The position numbers and the translations under genes were made by a program. Source: the human T2T-CHM13v2.0 reference genome, Homo sapiens. Taken from it: a DNA stretch of 64,000 nt. The notes beneath the pieces are model-generated. The model was given only the letters and a program-made list of their open reading frames with translations. It ran no database searches and was not told where the DNA came from. Below, one piece after another: positions 1 through 16,366 of this stretch (the first letter of the stretch is position 1; every line of letters starts with the position of its first letter). The stretch lies in the NCBI RefSeq assembly GCF_009914755.1, contig NC_060927.1. One strand, written 5' to 3'.

Positions 1-2880
1 GCTCACTTTTGGTTTCTGTTTGCATGGAATATCTTTTTTCAGTCTCTTTACTTTCAGTCTATATGTGTCTTTACTGTAAGGTGCATCTATTGTAAGCAGC
101 CATTCTATATCTTTTAAGTAGAGAATTTAATCTGTTTTACATTCAAGGTTGTTATTGAGGCTTTGTTCCTGTCATATTGTTAATTGTTTTCTGGTTGTTT
201 TATGTATTCTTTTTCCCTTTTTCTCTTATTATTTGTCATTGTGGTCTGGTGGATTTCTGGAATGCTGCCATTTAAGTCCTTTGTCTTCTTTGTGTGATTG
301 CTTCATCAGTGAGTTTTGTAATTTTGTGTGTTTTTATGATGGTATATGTCATTGTTTTGCTTCCAGGTTTAGGACTCTCTTGATCTTATTGTAGTGCCAG
401 TCTAGTGGTGACAAATTCCCTCAGCATTTGCTTATCTGGGAAAGACTTTATTTCTCCTTTATTTTTGAAGGTTAGGTTCACTGAATATAGTATTCTTCTT
501 TGGTAGTTTTGTTTTTCTTTCAGTACTTTGAGTATATTATCCCATTCTCTTCTGTACTGTAAAGTTTCTGCTGAGAAATCCATTGTCAGTCGCATGGGGT
601 TTCCTTTATAGGCGGGTATGCAGTTTTTACTTGCTGTTTTTAGGATTTAGTTTTTATCTTTGACTTTAGGCAGTCTGACTATAATGTATCATGGAGACCT
701 TTATGCATTGTATCTGCCTAGGGATCATTGAGACTCCTGTATCTGAATGTCTAAATCTCTTGCTAGACTTGAGAATTTTTCATCTCTCATTTTATTAAAT
801 AGATTTTCTAATCTTTTCATTTTTCTCTTTGCCCTTGACGATACTGATAATTTGTATATTTGGTTGTCTTGTGGTGTCCCAAATGTCATGAAAGCTTTTC
901 TCATTAAAAAAAAAATTATTTTTTTGTTAAGTTTTTGTCTGACTAGGTTTTTTTTTTTTTTGCTTTTGTCTGATCTAATCTATTGTTGCAGCTTTCAAAT
1001 GTATTTTATATTTCCTTCAATGACTTATTTAGTTCCAGAATTTCTATTTGGTTCTTTTAAAAAATATATATCTCTGGTAAATTGCTAGTTTATATCCTGA
1101 ATTGTTCTTTTGATTCTTTGTATTGTTTTTCAGAACTCTCTTGCAACTGACTGAACTTTAGAATCAATATTTTGAATTATTTATCTAGAATTTTGAAGAT
1201 TTCCTTTTTATTAAGATCTGTTGCTGTACAATTATTGTGTTCCATTGCAAGTGTCATATTTCCTTGCTTTTTCATGTTTCCTATGTTCTTATGTTGACAT
1301 CTGTGCATCTGGTGTGAACTGTTGCTTCTTCCTATTTTTCAATGTACTTTTGAAGGGGAGGACTTTTCCCTGAAGATGTGTCTGTGGTATTGGTTGGGTA
1401 GGGCACTTTGACTTTGATTCTAGGTATGTGCACTAGTGTTATCTCTGTATGATTTATTTGGCTGTAAACAGCATTAGTGCTTTGTGTGATTTCCTCAGAG
1501 GGTTAGGGTGCAGTTATTGATGGAGGGTGTGGTGAAGTTGTGCTAGGACCTGGGAAGCCAAGTGAGCCAGTCCTTAGACCACAGTGGTGGGCTAAGCATG
1601 CCTGTCTTTGTGTCCCATGGCAGTATATGTGCTGGCAACTGTGTTGATATTTAACAGTGGGCTGATTCTTTGGCCTCCAGATGGCTAACTTGGATGCCAG
1701 TAGTGGTAGCAGTGGGCCAGGCAGGTGAGTGGGTTCTTGGGTCCCTGGGCAGCTGACGTGGTATGGATGATAGCAGTAGCTTTATTTGGAGGACCTTCTG
1801 GGTCCTCAACAGTGCTGGTGGTGACTGTAGTGTGGGGTTGCTCCCTGTAATTCCAGACATACTGGGCTCAGGCTCTCCTGCTTTCTGCAACAGCAGCATA
1901 GCACCATGTGATGGTAGTGGGGGGCTTTACCTTCATGCAGAAGCCTGGGCACAGAAACCTCATGGTCAGTGGGTTTGCAATCACCACTTACCACCATAGA
2001 CAGGTAGTCCTCTGGTTCACCCACCCCAGCCTCTGGTGGCAACAGGAGCAGGTGTGCAGAGGGGGAAGATGGATCTTATTTTCTGTGGGACAACCTGAAC
2101 ACAGAGGACACTCTGCTGGTGGAAGGGGATTTCATTCTATGCTTACAAAGTTGAGCACAGTTTGTGCCAGTGCTGGGCATGGGATCACTTCTCACAGCAT
2201 CAGACAATGAACTCTTTGGTCTCTGGAAAGTGTGAACTTTGGATTCCTTTGTCCCAGGGGCTGCCTTTTTGTTGCACTGGATCATCTTTTCTTTGGAAAA
2301 TAGTGGGCTAGAGTACTGGGAACTCTCTGTGGGCTAGAGTACTGAGAGCCCTGAAGTACCTTTGGGTCCATCCAGTGCTGTGCTGCTGCAGCCGTCAAAG
2401 TGGACTCTGGGGAATGTCAGTGGGAGCTCCTGGGATGTGGAGGTATGGGGACTGTTGTTCCCAGGGCAGAATGCAGTTCCATGAAGGCTGTGCTCTTGAA
2501 ATGATGCCCTGCCACAACCACTCAGGTCTTATGGGAGGGTGAGTGACCCAGTGCAAGTCGCTTGTCTGCTGCAGTGCCCTCATGGGGCCTGTAACTCACT
2601 GTCTATGCCAGTGTCAGATTTGTGCGGGTAGAAGAGCTCTCCTGTGGTTCAGATTGTAGCAGTCCACAGGCTTGCTGGACAGCTGAACTCTCTCACTTAC
2701 CCTTTCCCTGCAATATTGAACCCCTTCATGCTCAGGCAGATCTTGGCCAAGCTGGATGTTTGCTTCCTTTATCTTATATGCCTCAGGTGTTTCCCATGTG
2801 TTCTCCAGAGGAATCTGGTTGAGGGTTGAGTTATAATTGTCTAGTCATAATTTTGTTTCTTCTTTCTGAAGGGGGCATCT
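1..2880 (-). mobile_element. Old L1 (L1MA/L1M-type) 5' part: 5'UTR, ORF1 and start of ORF2; continues off the left edge ('element A')
   Basis: ORF 386..595(-) reads RLTMDFSAETLQYRREWDNILKVLKEK...GEIKSFPDKQMLREFVTTRLALQ, the L1 ORF1p C-terminal domain. Bases 1-130 match the antisense ORF2 endonuclease start. The GC-richer 1350-2880 segment resembles an L1M 5'UTR. Confidence 0.85.
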
Positions 2881-4094
2881 GATGGTGGGAACTCTGATTC
2901 TTTGCTGCTTCATCTGAGACCCTGAGGCTCAGGCTGAGGGCTTGGACCAGACACTGCCCTTGGTAATGGCTGTAATGAGGGTGGCTCAGTTATCTTCTAT
3001 AGTGCAGAAGTAAGTGGCTTTAAAAGTTTGTTTATTTTTATACATACAAGTAATAATATCTGAATACATTAAAAAACATCTATACAGTGTAGCTAAAGTT
3101 GTAGTTTCTCCTTAACTCCCCATCCAACCCACGATCCAAGGTTGATTTGATAAGGTTCTTTTCTATTATTTACAAACACAGCATAGGGTTTTTGTTTTCT
3201 TCCTGGGATGGCAATGCATTATGGGTAATTTCCTGTAATATGTTAGGGCTTATGCTATTTGGTATTGCTATCTGCAAAGTACATTATCTCTTCTCTCTTT
3301 TATTCAAGAGACCTTTTTCTACATGCAATACAGCCTTCTATATCTTGTTTGAAAAATTTATGTGGGTACAAGAAAAGACTACTTCAAAAATCTGTTGTAC
3401 AGCAACTCCTTTGTCTTTTCCCGAAAAATGAAGATGAAAGTGTTTCCTTCTCTTTCCACTTATCTCACAGTAATTTGTAATTCTGGTGTATTATGTTATG
3501 CTATCTTTACTTCCTGAATACGTAACTGAGGTAGGGGCAAATGGCATGGTATTGCTGATGCTATTATAAAGATTAAATGATGGCTGGTGTGAACACAACG
3601 TCATTAATCCCTTACTATTTTAAGGGTGCCAAAACTGACTATTAAAGCAGCTATTTGGCTATTTGGCTTTCAAAGGCTGAGGCTGAAGCTGAAGCTAAGT
3701 AGCAGATTTTTACCAAACACATAGGCTGAAGTCAAACTTTAGAGCTTTCGTGTTATAATTGAAAGCCAGTGATTTCTGTGTATTAATTTTGTATTCAGTT
3801 GTCTCATTAAATTCTCCTATTTTTTCAGTCATTTTCTAGGTTTTACAATTATGTGGTCTGCAATGAGAATATTTTCTTTTGAAGTTTTATACCTCAGTTT
3901 CTATCTCTTATCTAATTCTGTTGGCCATTACCTTCAGTACAATGTTAAATAATAGTGGGAAAGCGGCATCTTTTTCTTGTTCTAGGCTTTGGTGAGGATA
4001 CTGTTCATGTTTGCCCATTAAGCACAATACTGGCTGTTGCACAGAAATAAATGTTATTTAGAGAAGTATCAGTCTCTTTCTGTATTACTGAACT

Positions 4095-4252
4095 TTTAAT
4101 GCTTTATTTGGAAATATTTACAAATTTGTAGAAACATTGCAAGAATACTACAAAGAACTCTCATTTATCCTTTATCAATTTTTAATATTTTGCCACATGT
4201 ATTTTATTATTCTCTGTTTCTCAGAGAGAGACCACATGATCTTATCTATGTA

Positions 4253-4283
<31 letters not shown>

Positions 4284-4750
4284 AATCTTATCTATCTATT
4301 CCCTGAACCATTTGAGTAAGGTGTATACATTAGGCCCCTTTCCTCTATAATATTTTAGTTTATACTTTGTAAGAACAAGAATATTCTCATACATTACTTT
4401 AGTATAGTTTTCAAATTCAGAAAAATTGGACATTTATGCCATACTGGACATAATCCAGTCCATTTTCCAATTTTTTCAATTGTACCAATAATATCTTTAA
4501 AATATCTCTATCTCTATTTATCTCTCTATCTATACCTAATCTTTTTTTGCCTACAAGATGCATATTGACATCATGTATTATTTTCAAGTGTCATGTCTCT
4601 AGTTACCTTTTATCTGGAACAGTTTCCTAGCCCTTTGTAATTTGCATGTGATTAATATTTTTGAAAAATACACATAGTTATTTTATAGAATATTTATTTT
4701 GGAGTTCTCTGATATTTCCTCATGATAAGATTAAACTTGTGCATTTTTTA
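4095..4750 (-). mobile_element. Old L1 (L1MB/MC/ME-type) 3'UTR fragment with embedded (CT)n/(ATCT)n simple repeat at ~4240-4300
   Basis: tttatttggaaatatttacaaatttgtagaaacattgcaagaatactacaaagaactc resembles an antisense L1M 3' end. Confidence 0.6.
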
Positions 4751-4760
4751 CTTGAATACT

Positions 4761-5065
4761 TATTTATTTTATTTTTTAGAGACAGGGCCTGGCTCTGTTG
4801 CCCAAGCTGAAGCGCAGCTGCATAATTGTAGTTCACTGCAGCCTCAAACTCCTGGGCTCAAGTAATCCTCCTGCCTCAGCCACCTGAGTAGCTATGACTA
4901 CAGACATGTGCCACCATACCCAGATAATTTTTGTATTCTTTTTTTTGTAGAGAGAGGGTCTTTCTAGTTTGCCCAGGCTGATCTAAAACTCCTGGCTTCA
5001 AGTGATTGTCTTGTCTTGGCCTGCCAAAGTGCTGGGATTACAGGCGTGAACCACCGTGCCTGGCT
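4761..5065 (-). mobile_element. AluJ
   Basis: Dimeric antisense Alu with T-rich tail and J-type 'gcctcaaactcctgggctcaag'. TSD ttgaatact at 4752-4760 and 5066-5074. Confidence 0.95.
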
Positions 5066-6130
5066 TTGAATACTAACAAGTAATCTTGTGTTCTTTTCTG
5101 GGGTACACTATAGTCATTTGTTTTTTACAGGTGATGTTAATTTTATTTTTTCTATTTAATGATTACCAGTAAATTTATGGAGTTGTGCAGCCATCACCAC
5201 AATCCAGTTTTAGAACACTTCCATCACTCAAAATGTTCCTTCATGCCTGTTTGCATATAATCCCTGCTCAACTCTCCAGACCTGGGTAATTGCTGAATCC
5301 CTCTATCTATCTCTATAAATTTGCCTTCCACTAGATGGTTCACATAAATGGAATGATGGCATATACAGTTTTTGTGGTTTTTGTGTCTTGCTTCTTTCAC
5401 TTAGTGTACTGTTTTTGAGACTTAAACCAGTTGTAGCAGTTATCTAAGTTGTACCCTTGTTGTGGTATGTGGTATCAGTATTTAAGTCGTTTAAATTGCT
5501 GAATAGTATCTTTTGCATGGATACATTACATTTTGTTTATCTGTTTACCAGCTGGTGAATTATTTCCAATTTTTGTCTATTATGAATGATGCTGCTATGA
5601 GCATTTACATACATGTCTTTGTGTAGACATGTTTTCATGACTCTTAGATATATTCCATGGAGTAGAATTGCTGGCCCAAATACCAAGTTTATGTTTCACT
5701 TAAAAAAAAATCCCTGCCAAATGATTTTGCAAAGTGGTTGTACCATTTTAGATTCCCAACAGCAATACATGAGGGCTCCAGTCTCTTCACATTCTTACCA
5801 ACACTTGTATTGTCTGGCTTTTTGATTGTAGTCATTCTAGTGGGTGTGCTGTGGTATGTCACTGTGGTTTTAATTGGATTTTTCTGAGGACTAATGATGT
5901 TAAATATCTTCTGAGTTTATTAGCCATGCTAATCTTCCATGCTTAAATGTCTATTCAAATTTTTGTCCATTTTAAAATTCAATTGTTTGTCTTATTATTG
6001 AATTATAGGAGTTCTTCATGTATTCTGGACACAAGTCCTTTATCAGATACCTGGTTTCTGTGTATTTCCTCCTAATTTGTGGATTAAAATTTTTTTCTTA
6101 AATATTTTCTATAAATATTGCATTTATTTT

Positions 6131-7417
6131 CTTTACCCCCCCCAACTTTTAAGTTCAGGGGTATATGTGCAGGATATGCAGGTTTGTTACATAGGTAAAC
6201 ATGTGCCGTGATGGTTTGCTGCACAGATCATTCCATGACCTGGGGATTAAGCCCAGTATCCATTAGCTATTCTTCCTCATGCTCTCCCTCTCCCTGCCCC
6301 CCCGACTGACAGGCCCCAGTGTGTGTAATTCCCTCCCAAGTGTCCATGTGATCTCATCATTCAGCTCCTACTTATAAGTGAGAACATGCAGTATTTGGTT
6401 TTCTGTTTTTGCATTAGTTTACTGAGGGTGATGGCTTCCAACTCCATCCATGTCCCTGCAAAGGTCATGATCTCGTTCCTTTTTATGGCTGCATAGTATT
6501 CTGTGGAGTATATGTATCACATTTTTTTTATTAAGTCTGTCATTGGATAAAGCACATTGACGCCCATTGATGAACATTTAAGTCTTTGGTATTGTGAATA
6601 GTGCTGCAATGAACATATGTATGCATGTATCTTTATAATAGAATAATTTATATTCCTTTGGGTATATACCCAGTAATGGGATTGCTGGGTCAAATGGTAT
6701 TTCTGCCTCTAGGTCTTTGAGGAATTGCCACATTGTCTTCCACAATGGTTGAACTACTTTACACTCCCACCAACAGTGTAAAAGCATTCCTTTTTCTCCA
6801 CAACCTCACCAGTATCAATTGTTTTTTGACTTTTTAATAATAGACATTCTGACTGGTGTGAGATGCTATCTCATTGTGATTTTGATTTGCATTTCTCTAA
6901 TAATTAGTGATGTTGATTTTTTTTTCATGTTTGTTGGCCACATGTATGTCTTCTTTTGAGAGGTGTCTGTTCATGTCCTTTGCCCACTTTTTAATGTTTT
7001 TTTTTTTTTTTGTAAATTTGTTTAAGTTCCTTGTAGATTCTAGATATTAGACCTTTGCCAGATGGATTGATTGCAAAAATTTTCTTCCATTCTGTAGGTT
7101 GTCTCTTCACTCTGATGATAGTTTCTTTTGCAGTGCAGAAGCTCTTTAGTTTGATTAAATCTCATTTGTCAATTTTTGTTTTGTTGTAATTGCATTTGGT
7201 GTTTTTGTCATGAAATCTTTGCCCATACCTATGTCCTGAATGATATTGCCTAGATTTTCTTCTAGGGTTTTTATAGTTTGGAGTTTTACATTTAAGTCTT
7301 TAATCCATTTTGAGTTAATTTTTGTATATGGTGTCAGAAAGGGGTCCAGTTTCAATTTTCTGCATATGGCTAACCAGTTCTCCTAGTGCTATTTATTAAA
7401 CAGGAAATCCTTTCTTC
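6131..7417 (-). mobile_element. 5'-truncated L1PA (about L1PA10-12 age), 3' end
   Basis: ORFs 6578..6787 (LLHCWWECK...[14 protein letters not shown]) and 7155..7355 ([22 protein letters not shown]) are ORF2p C-terminal pieces. TSD attgcatttatttt at 6117-6130 and 7418-7431. Confidence 0.92.
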
Positions 7418-8000
7418 ATTGCATTTATTTTTTTATTGTTGACTTCTGAAGTGCAAAAGTTTTAAATTTTGATGAAGTTTAAAATATTTAAATAATATAT
7501 TGTGTTTTTGATGTTATATCTAAGAACTTTGTCTAACTAAGCTCATGAAGATTTTCTTTTTTTTCCTAGAAATTAACAGTTTTATTTTTTACATCTAGGT
7601 GTATGATCCATTTTGAGTTAATTTTTTTGTGTATGGTGTGAAGTAATAATTTAAGTTTATTTTTTGAAGGTGTATACCCCGTTGTTAAAAAGACTATCCT
7701 TTTACATTGAATGGATACATTGGCCTCACATATAGTTTATCCTAGAGAATGTTCCATGTTTACTTTAAAAGCATGTGTATTCATCAGTCATTGGACTGAC
7801 TGTTCTACATATGTCAGGTTGAGTTGGCACTTAGCTCTTTTGTGAAAAGTAAATTGACCATAAATGCCAAGATTTATTTTTGGACTCACAGTTCAGTTTC
7901 TTTCATCTATATTCTTGGGACAGTACCACCCTGTATTGATTACTGTGTCTTTAGAGCGAGAGTTGAAATTTAGTAATGAAAGTCAACTTTGTAATTCTTT

Positions 8001-8520
<520 letters not shown>

Positions 8521-8972
8521 TAATTTCTCTCAACAATGTTTTGTTGTTTTCAGTGTGCAAGTCTTGTACTTATTTTGTTAAATTTATTCCTAAGTATTTT
8601 ATTCTTTTTATGGTATTATGAATAGAATTGTTTTCTAATTTCATTTTCAGAACATTGCCAGTATATGAAAATACAGTTGATTTTTCAATTTAGATCTTGT
8701 ATTGTACAACCTTGCTAAACTTGTTATTAATTCTGGAATTTTTTTGGTAGATTCCTTGGGATTTTCAACATATAATGTTTTATCATTTGAGAATAAATAT
8801 AGTTTTACTTCTCATTTTCCAATCTAGATGCCTTTAACTTCTTTTTCTTTTCTTTTTGCACTGCCTTGAATGTCCAGTAAAATGTTGAGTAGAAGTATTG
8901 ATAGTGGAATCCTTGCCTTTTTTCCGATCTTGGGGAGGAAAGCACCATTCCTCCTTTCACCATTAAGTATGA

Positions 8973-9284
<312 letters not shown>

Positions 9285-11231
9285 TTAGATGTCCTTTATT
9301 AGGTTAATGAAGTTGCTTTCTATACTTAGGCTATGGAGAGTTTATATCATGAATGGGTACTGGATTTTGTCAAATGCTTTCTTCCTTCTGAATCTGTTGA
9401 GTATATTGTATGGTTTTTGTTCTTTATTTTATTAATATGCTGTATTACATTAACTAGTTTTTGGATATTTTGCCAACTTGTATTTTTTGGGTAAATCCCA
9501 CCTGTTCATGGTATATAAATCCTTCCTATATGTTGCTGCCTTTAATTTTCTAATATTTTGTGAAGGATTTTTGCATCTTTGTTCATGAGCCGTACTGGGT
9601 TTTAGCATTCTTTTCTTGTCATGTCTTCTTCTGGCTTTGATATTTTTTATTTGCTGTGAGAGTAACACTGACTTCATGCAATGAATAGGTAGTGTTTTAT
9701 CCTTTTCTATTTTCTAAAATTTGTGAAGACTTGATATTATTGGTATTATTTCTTTAAATATTTGACAGAATTTACTAATGAAGTTACCTGGGCCTATAAT
9801 TTTCTCTGTGGGAAGATTTTAAATAGGTATTTCAGTTTAAAAGAAAACTTTTTAAAGACATATTCAGACATTCTATTTGAGTCAGCTTTGGTAATTGATA
9901 TCTTTCTAGTAATTTGTTTATTTCATCTAAGATATCTAACTTTGGCATAAAGTTGTTTGTAATATTATAATCCTTTAAATTTTGTTTTTATTTAATTCAA
10001 GGTATTTTCCAATTTTCTTTGTGGGTTTTTCTTTGATTCGTGGGTTATTTAGAAGTTTACTGCTTAATTTCAAAATATTTGGAAATTTCCTAGCACTGTG
10101 TTTTCAAAATATTTGGATATTTCCCAGCACATAATTCTGATGCAATCAGTTGCATCAGAATGCAACTGATTCTGTTGCATTCAGGTAACACATTTAGTAT
10201 GATTTCAGTCTTTTTAGGCTATTGGGACTTGTTTTATCCTGGAGAATGTTTCATATATGCTTTAAAAGAATGCATGCTTTGCAGTTATTGGATGGAATGT
10301 TCTATATATGTCAGGTTGAGTTGGTTGATAGTGCTGTTCAAGTGTTCTCTATTTTTAATGACTTTCTAATTGTTATGTCAGTTTTTGAGAGTGGAGTATT
10401 AACATCTTCAATTATAATTGTTGAGTTGCCTATTTCTTTTTAAAATTCTGTCAGTTTTTGCTTTATGTATTTTAGAGCTATGTTGTTAGGTGAATGTACA
10501 TTTATAATTATTACATTATCTCAATTTATTGAACTTCCTTTTTATCATTATGAGTTGTTTGTCTTTTCTGCTAATAATAATTCTCATTTTAAAGTCTACT
10601 TCCCCCCGCCCCAATATTAATAGAGCCATTCTAGCTGTCTTGTGGTTACTGTTTACATGATATATATCTTACCATTTCAATCCATTTGTCCTTTGAATCT
10701 TAAATGTATCTCTGGTAGACAGCATGTAGTTGGATTTTAAGTTTTTATGCAGTTTAACCATTTCTAACTTTTGATTGGAATGTTTAGACCATTCATATAT
10801 ATGGTAATTATTGATATGGTGAATTAACATTTGCCATTTTGATATTTGTTCTCTGTGTTCTGCCTTTTTTGTTCCTCTGTTACTCCTTGACTTTTTTGTG
10901 TTAAATGTCTTTTAGTGTATTATTTTAATTTTTATCTTGATTTTTTGATTATTTTATTTTGAATTATTTTCTAAAGTTGTTGGACTCTAGGGATCACAAT
11001 TTGTATCTTAACTTATCACAGTCTATTTAGGATTAATATTAACTTAATTCCAGTAATATATAGAAACTGTGCTCTATTATAGCTTTTTTCTTCTTTGTTC
11101 TATACTCTCATCTATATTTATGTTTGTTATAAATCCAATAAAACAGTGTTATAATGATTTTATTATGCAATCTTATGCCTTTTAAGGAAGTTAAGAGAAC
11201 AAATGAAAAAATATATTTATAGCATTTACAA

Positions 11232-12400
11232 AATAATAGACTTTATTTTAAGAGCATTTTTAGGTTCATAGCAAAACTGAGTGAAAAGTAGAGTTCTTAT
11301 ATGCCCTCAATGCCCAGGCATGTATAGCCTACCCAACTGTCAACATCCTATACCAGAGTGTTACATTTTTTATAATTAATGAACCTACATTGACATATAG
11401 TCATCAGCTAAAGTCCATAGTTTGCGTTAGGATTCACTCTTGGTGTCATACATTCTATGGGTATTGACAAATATATAATGACATATATCCACTATTATAG
11501 TATTATACAGAATAATTTCATTGCCCTAAAAATTCTCTGTGCTCTGCCTGTTCACCTGTCCTCCCCTAAACCTCTGATCTTTTTACTATCTCTATAATGT
11601 TGCCTTTTCTAGAATGTCATATAGTTGGAATCATACAGTATGGAGCTTTTTCACTATGGCTGCTTTCATTTAGTAATATGCATTTAAGGGCCCTTTGTGT
11701 CTTCTCATGGCTTGATAGCTCATTTCTTCTTAGTACTGAATAATATGCGTCATAGATGTTTCAGAGTTTATCCATTCACCTACTGAAGGACATCTTGTTC
11801 ACTTCCAGTTTTTGTCCATTGTAAATAAAGCTGCTGTAAACATTCATGTACAGGTTTTTGTACAGACTTAAGCTTTTGACTCCTTTGGGCAAATACTGAA
11901 TGTGATTGCTAGATTTTATGATAAGAGTATATGTGGTTTTGTAAGACACTGACAATCTGTTTTTCAAAGTATCTGTATCAGCAATGAATAAGAGTTTCTC
12001 TGGCTCCACATATTCACCAGCATTTGGTGTTGTCAGTGTTTTATATTTTCCCCATATTAATGGATGTGTAGTGATATTTCATTGTTGTCAATTTGTAATT
12101 TCTTAATGATATATAATGTTGAATATCCATATCAAGGCCCTGTCTCTACAAAAAAATAAAAAAATTAGCTGGGTATAGAGGTACATACTGTGGTCCCAGT
12201 TACTTAGGAGGCTGAAGTGGGAGGATCAGTTGAGCCTGGAAGGTCAAGGCCACAGTGAGCCATGATTATGGCACTGCAGTCCAGCAAGAGTAACAGAGTG
12301 AGACTCTGTCTCAAAAAAAAAAAAAAAATGTTGAGCATCTCTTCATATGCTTATTTGCTGTCTGTATATATTTGGTGAGATGTCTGTTCAGATCTTTTCT
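11232..12400 (-). mobile_element. L1MA/L1MB 3' end fragment, interrupted by a partial Alu
   Basis: aataatagactttattttaagagcatttttaggttcatagcaaaactgagtg is a typical antisense L1MA8-10/L1MB 3' terminus. Confidence 0.75.
12133..12328 (+). mobile_element. 5'-truncated AluJ/FRAM-like element (right monomer plus polyA)
   Basis: ccctgtctctacaaaaaaataaaaaaattagctggg...gagactctgtctc(A)n, flanked by TSD-like aatgttgaatatc and aatgttgagcatc. Confidence 0.88.
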
Positions 12401-13072
12401 ATGCCTTTATAGGTGAAGTGGGTTTCTTGTAGGCACCATATATTTGGGTCTTGTTTCTTTATCCATTCAGTCACTGTATGCCTTTTAATTAGAGAATCGA
12501 GTCCACTTACATTGTGTTATTTATTATTGGTAAGTAAGAACTTACTACTGCTATTTGTTGCTTGTTTTTTAGTCATTTCCTATTCTCTTCCTTTTATCCT
12601 TTCTTACTGTCTTCTTTTGCAATAAGTAATTTGATTTGCATTACTCTGACGATTAGTGATATTGAGCATTTTGTATAAACCCACTGGCCATTGTTATGTT
12701 GTCTTTTGAGAAATGTCTATTCATGTCCTTTGCCTACTTTTTAATGAGATTATTATTATTATTATTTTACTGATGAGTTTGTTGAGTTCCTTGTATATTC
12801 TGGATATTAGTCCCTTGTCAGATGAATAGTTTGCAATATTTTCTCCCATTCAGTGGGTTGTCTCTTCACTCGGTTGTTTCCTTTGCTGTGCAAAAACTTT
12901 TTAGTTTCACAGAGCGCCATTTGTCTATTTTTATTTTTGTGGCCTGTTCTTTTGAGGTCTTGGCCATAAGATCTTTGCCTAGACCAATGTCCTAAAATAT
13001 TTTCCCTGTTTTCTTCTAGTAGTTTTGCAGTTTCAGATCTTACAATTAAGTATTTAAACTATCTTGAGTTGA

Positions 13073-13370
<298 letters not shown>

Positions 13371-14116
13371 TGATGTTTTATTTGATAAAATATAGGGGTC
13401 CAGTTTCATTCTTCTGCAAATAAATGTCAGATTTTCCCAGGACCATTTTTTGAAGAAGGTGTCTTCTCCTCAGTGTATGTTCTTGGTTGCCTTTGTCAAA
13501 AATCCATTAGCTGTAAATATGTTAATTTATTTCTGGGTTCTCTATTCTGTTCCATTGGTCTATGTGTCTCTCTTTATACCTATACAATGCTATTTTGGTT
13601 ACCATAGACTTGTATGTATTTATAAGTTGGATAGTGTGATACCTCCACTTTGTTCTTTCTGCTCAGGATTGCTCTGGCTATTCAAGATATTTTTTGGTTC
13701 TATACAAATTTTAGGATTTTTTTCTATTTCTGTGAAAAATGACATTGGTATTTTGATAGGGAACACATTGAATCTGTAGATTGCTTTAGGTAGTATGGTC
13801 ATTTTTAGCAATACCAATTCTTCTAATCCATGAGCATGGAATGTCTTTCCATTTGTTTCTGTCCTCTTCAATTTCTTTCATCAACTTTTTATAGTTTTCC
13901 TAGTAGAGGTCTTTCACCTCTTGCTGAGAATGGGGTTTTAAAGTCCCCCACTGTTGTATTGCAGGCTATCTTTCTCTTTAGATCCAATACTATTTGCTTT
14001 ATGAATCTGGGTGCTCCAGTGTTAGGTGCATAGATATCTGGAATTTTCACTTCCTCCTGCTGGATTGATCCCTTTATCATTATATAATACCTCTTTTGTC
14101 CTTTTTTAATGTTCTT

Positions 14117-15633
<1,517 letters not shown>

Positions 15634-15729
15634 TAATGTTCTTAACTTGAAGTCTGTTTCATCTGATACAAGTATAGCGACTCCTACTTGCTGTTGGTTT
15701 CTGTTTGCATGGAATATCTTTTTGAATGC

Positions 15730-16366
15730 CTTTACTTTCAGTCTGCATGTGTTTTTACTGTAAGGTGCATTTCTTCTAAGCAGCCATTCTATATCTTTTA
15801 AGCAGAGAATTTAATTAGTTTTACATATCAATGTTATTATTGAGGCTGTGTTCCTGTCATATTGTTAATTGTTTTTTGGTTGTTTTATATGTGCTTTTTC
15901 CCTTTTTCTCTTATTATTTGTCATTATGGTCTGGCATATTTTTGGAGGGGTGCCATTTAAGTCCTTTGTCTTCTTTATCAGCAAGTTTTGTAATTTTATG
16001 TGTTTTTATGATTATATATGTCATTGTTTTGCTTCCAGGTTTAGGACTCTCTTGACCATTTCTTGTAGTGCCAGTCTAGTGGTAACAATTTCCCTCAGCA
16101 TTTGCTTATCTGGAAAAGATTTTATTGCTCTTTTATTTTTGAAAGCTAAGTTCACTGGATATAGTATTCTTCTTTGGCAGGTTTTTTTGTCTTTCAGTAC
16201 TTTGAGTATATTATCCCATTCTTTTCTGGGCTGTAAGGTTTCTGCTAAGAAATCCACTGTCAGTCTCATGGTGGTTTCCTTTATAGGTGACTAGGCATTT
16301 TTTACTTGCTGTTTTTAGGATTTGATCTTTATTTTTGACTTTAGGCAGTTTGATTATAATGTGCCA
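15730..16366 (-). repeat. Direct duplicate of 47-693 (element A ORF1 C-terminus and inter-ORF region), about 88-90% identical
   Basis: ORFs 149..394 vs 15831..16055 and 386..595 vs 16021..16269 are near-identical. Shared private deletion junctions 'taagcagccattctatatc' and 'ttattgaggct' are absent from element B. Confidence 0.9.

Noticed and set aside
2303-2345. Direct repeat gtgggctagagtactg x2
   Set aside because: A small slippage duplication within the L1 5'UTR with no wider structure.
5328-5340. CTCF-like ccactagatggtt (also ccactagatgccc at ~41379 and tcagtaggtggcag at ~60840)
   Set aside because: Each has mismatches in the core and two lie in repeats; too weak to call from sequence alone.
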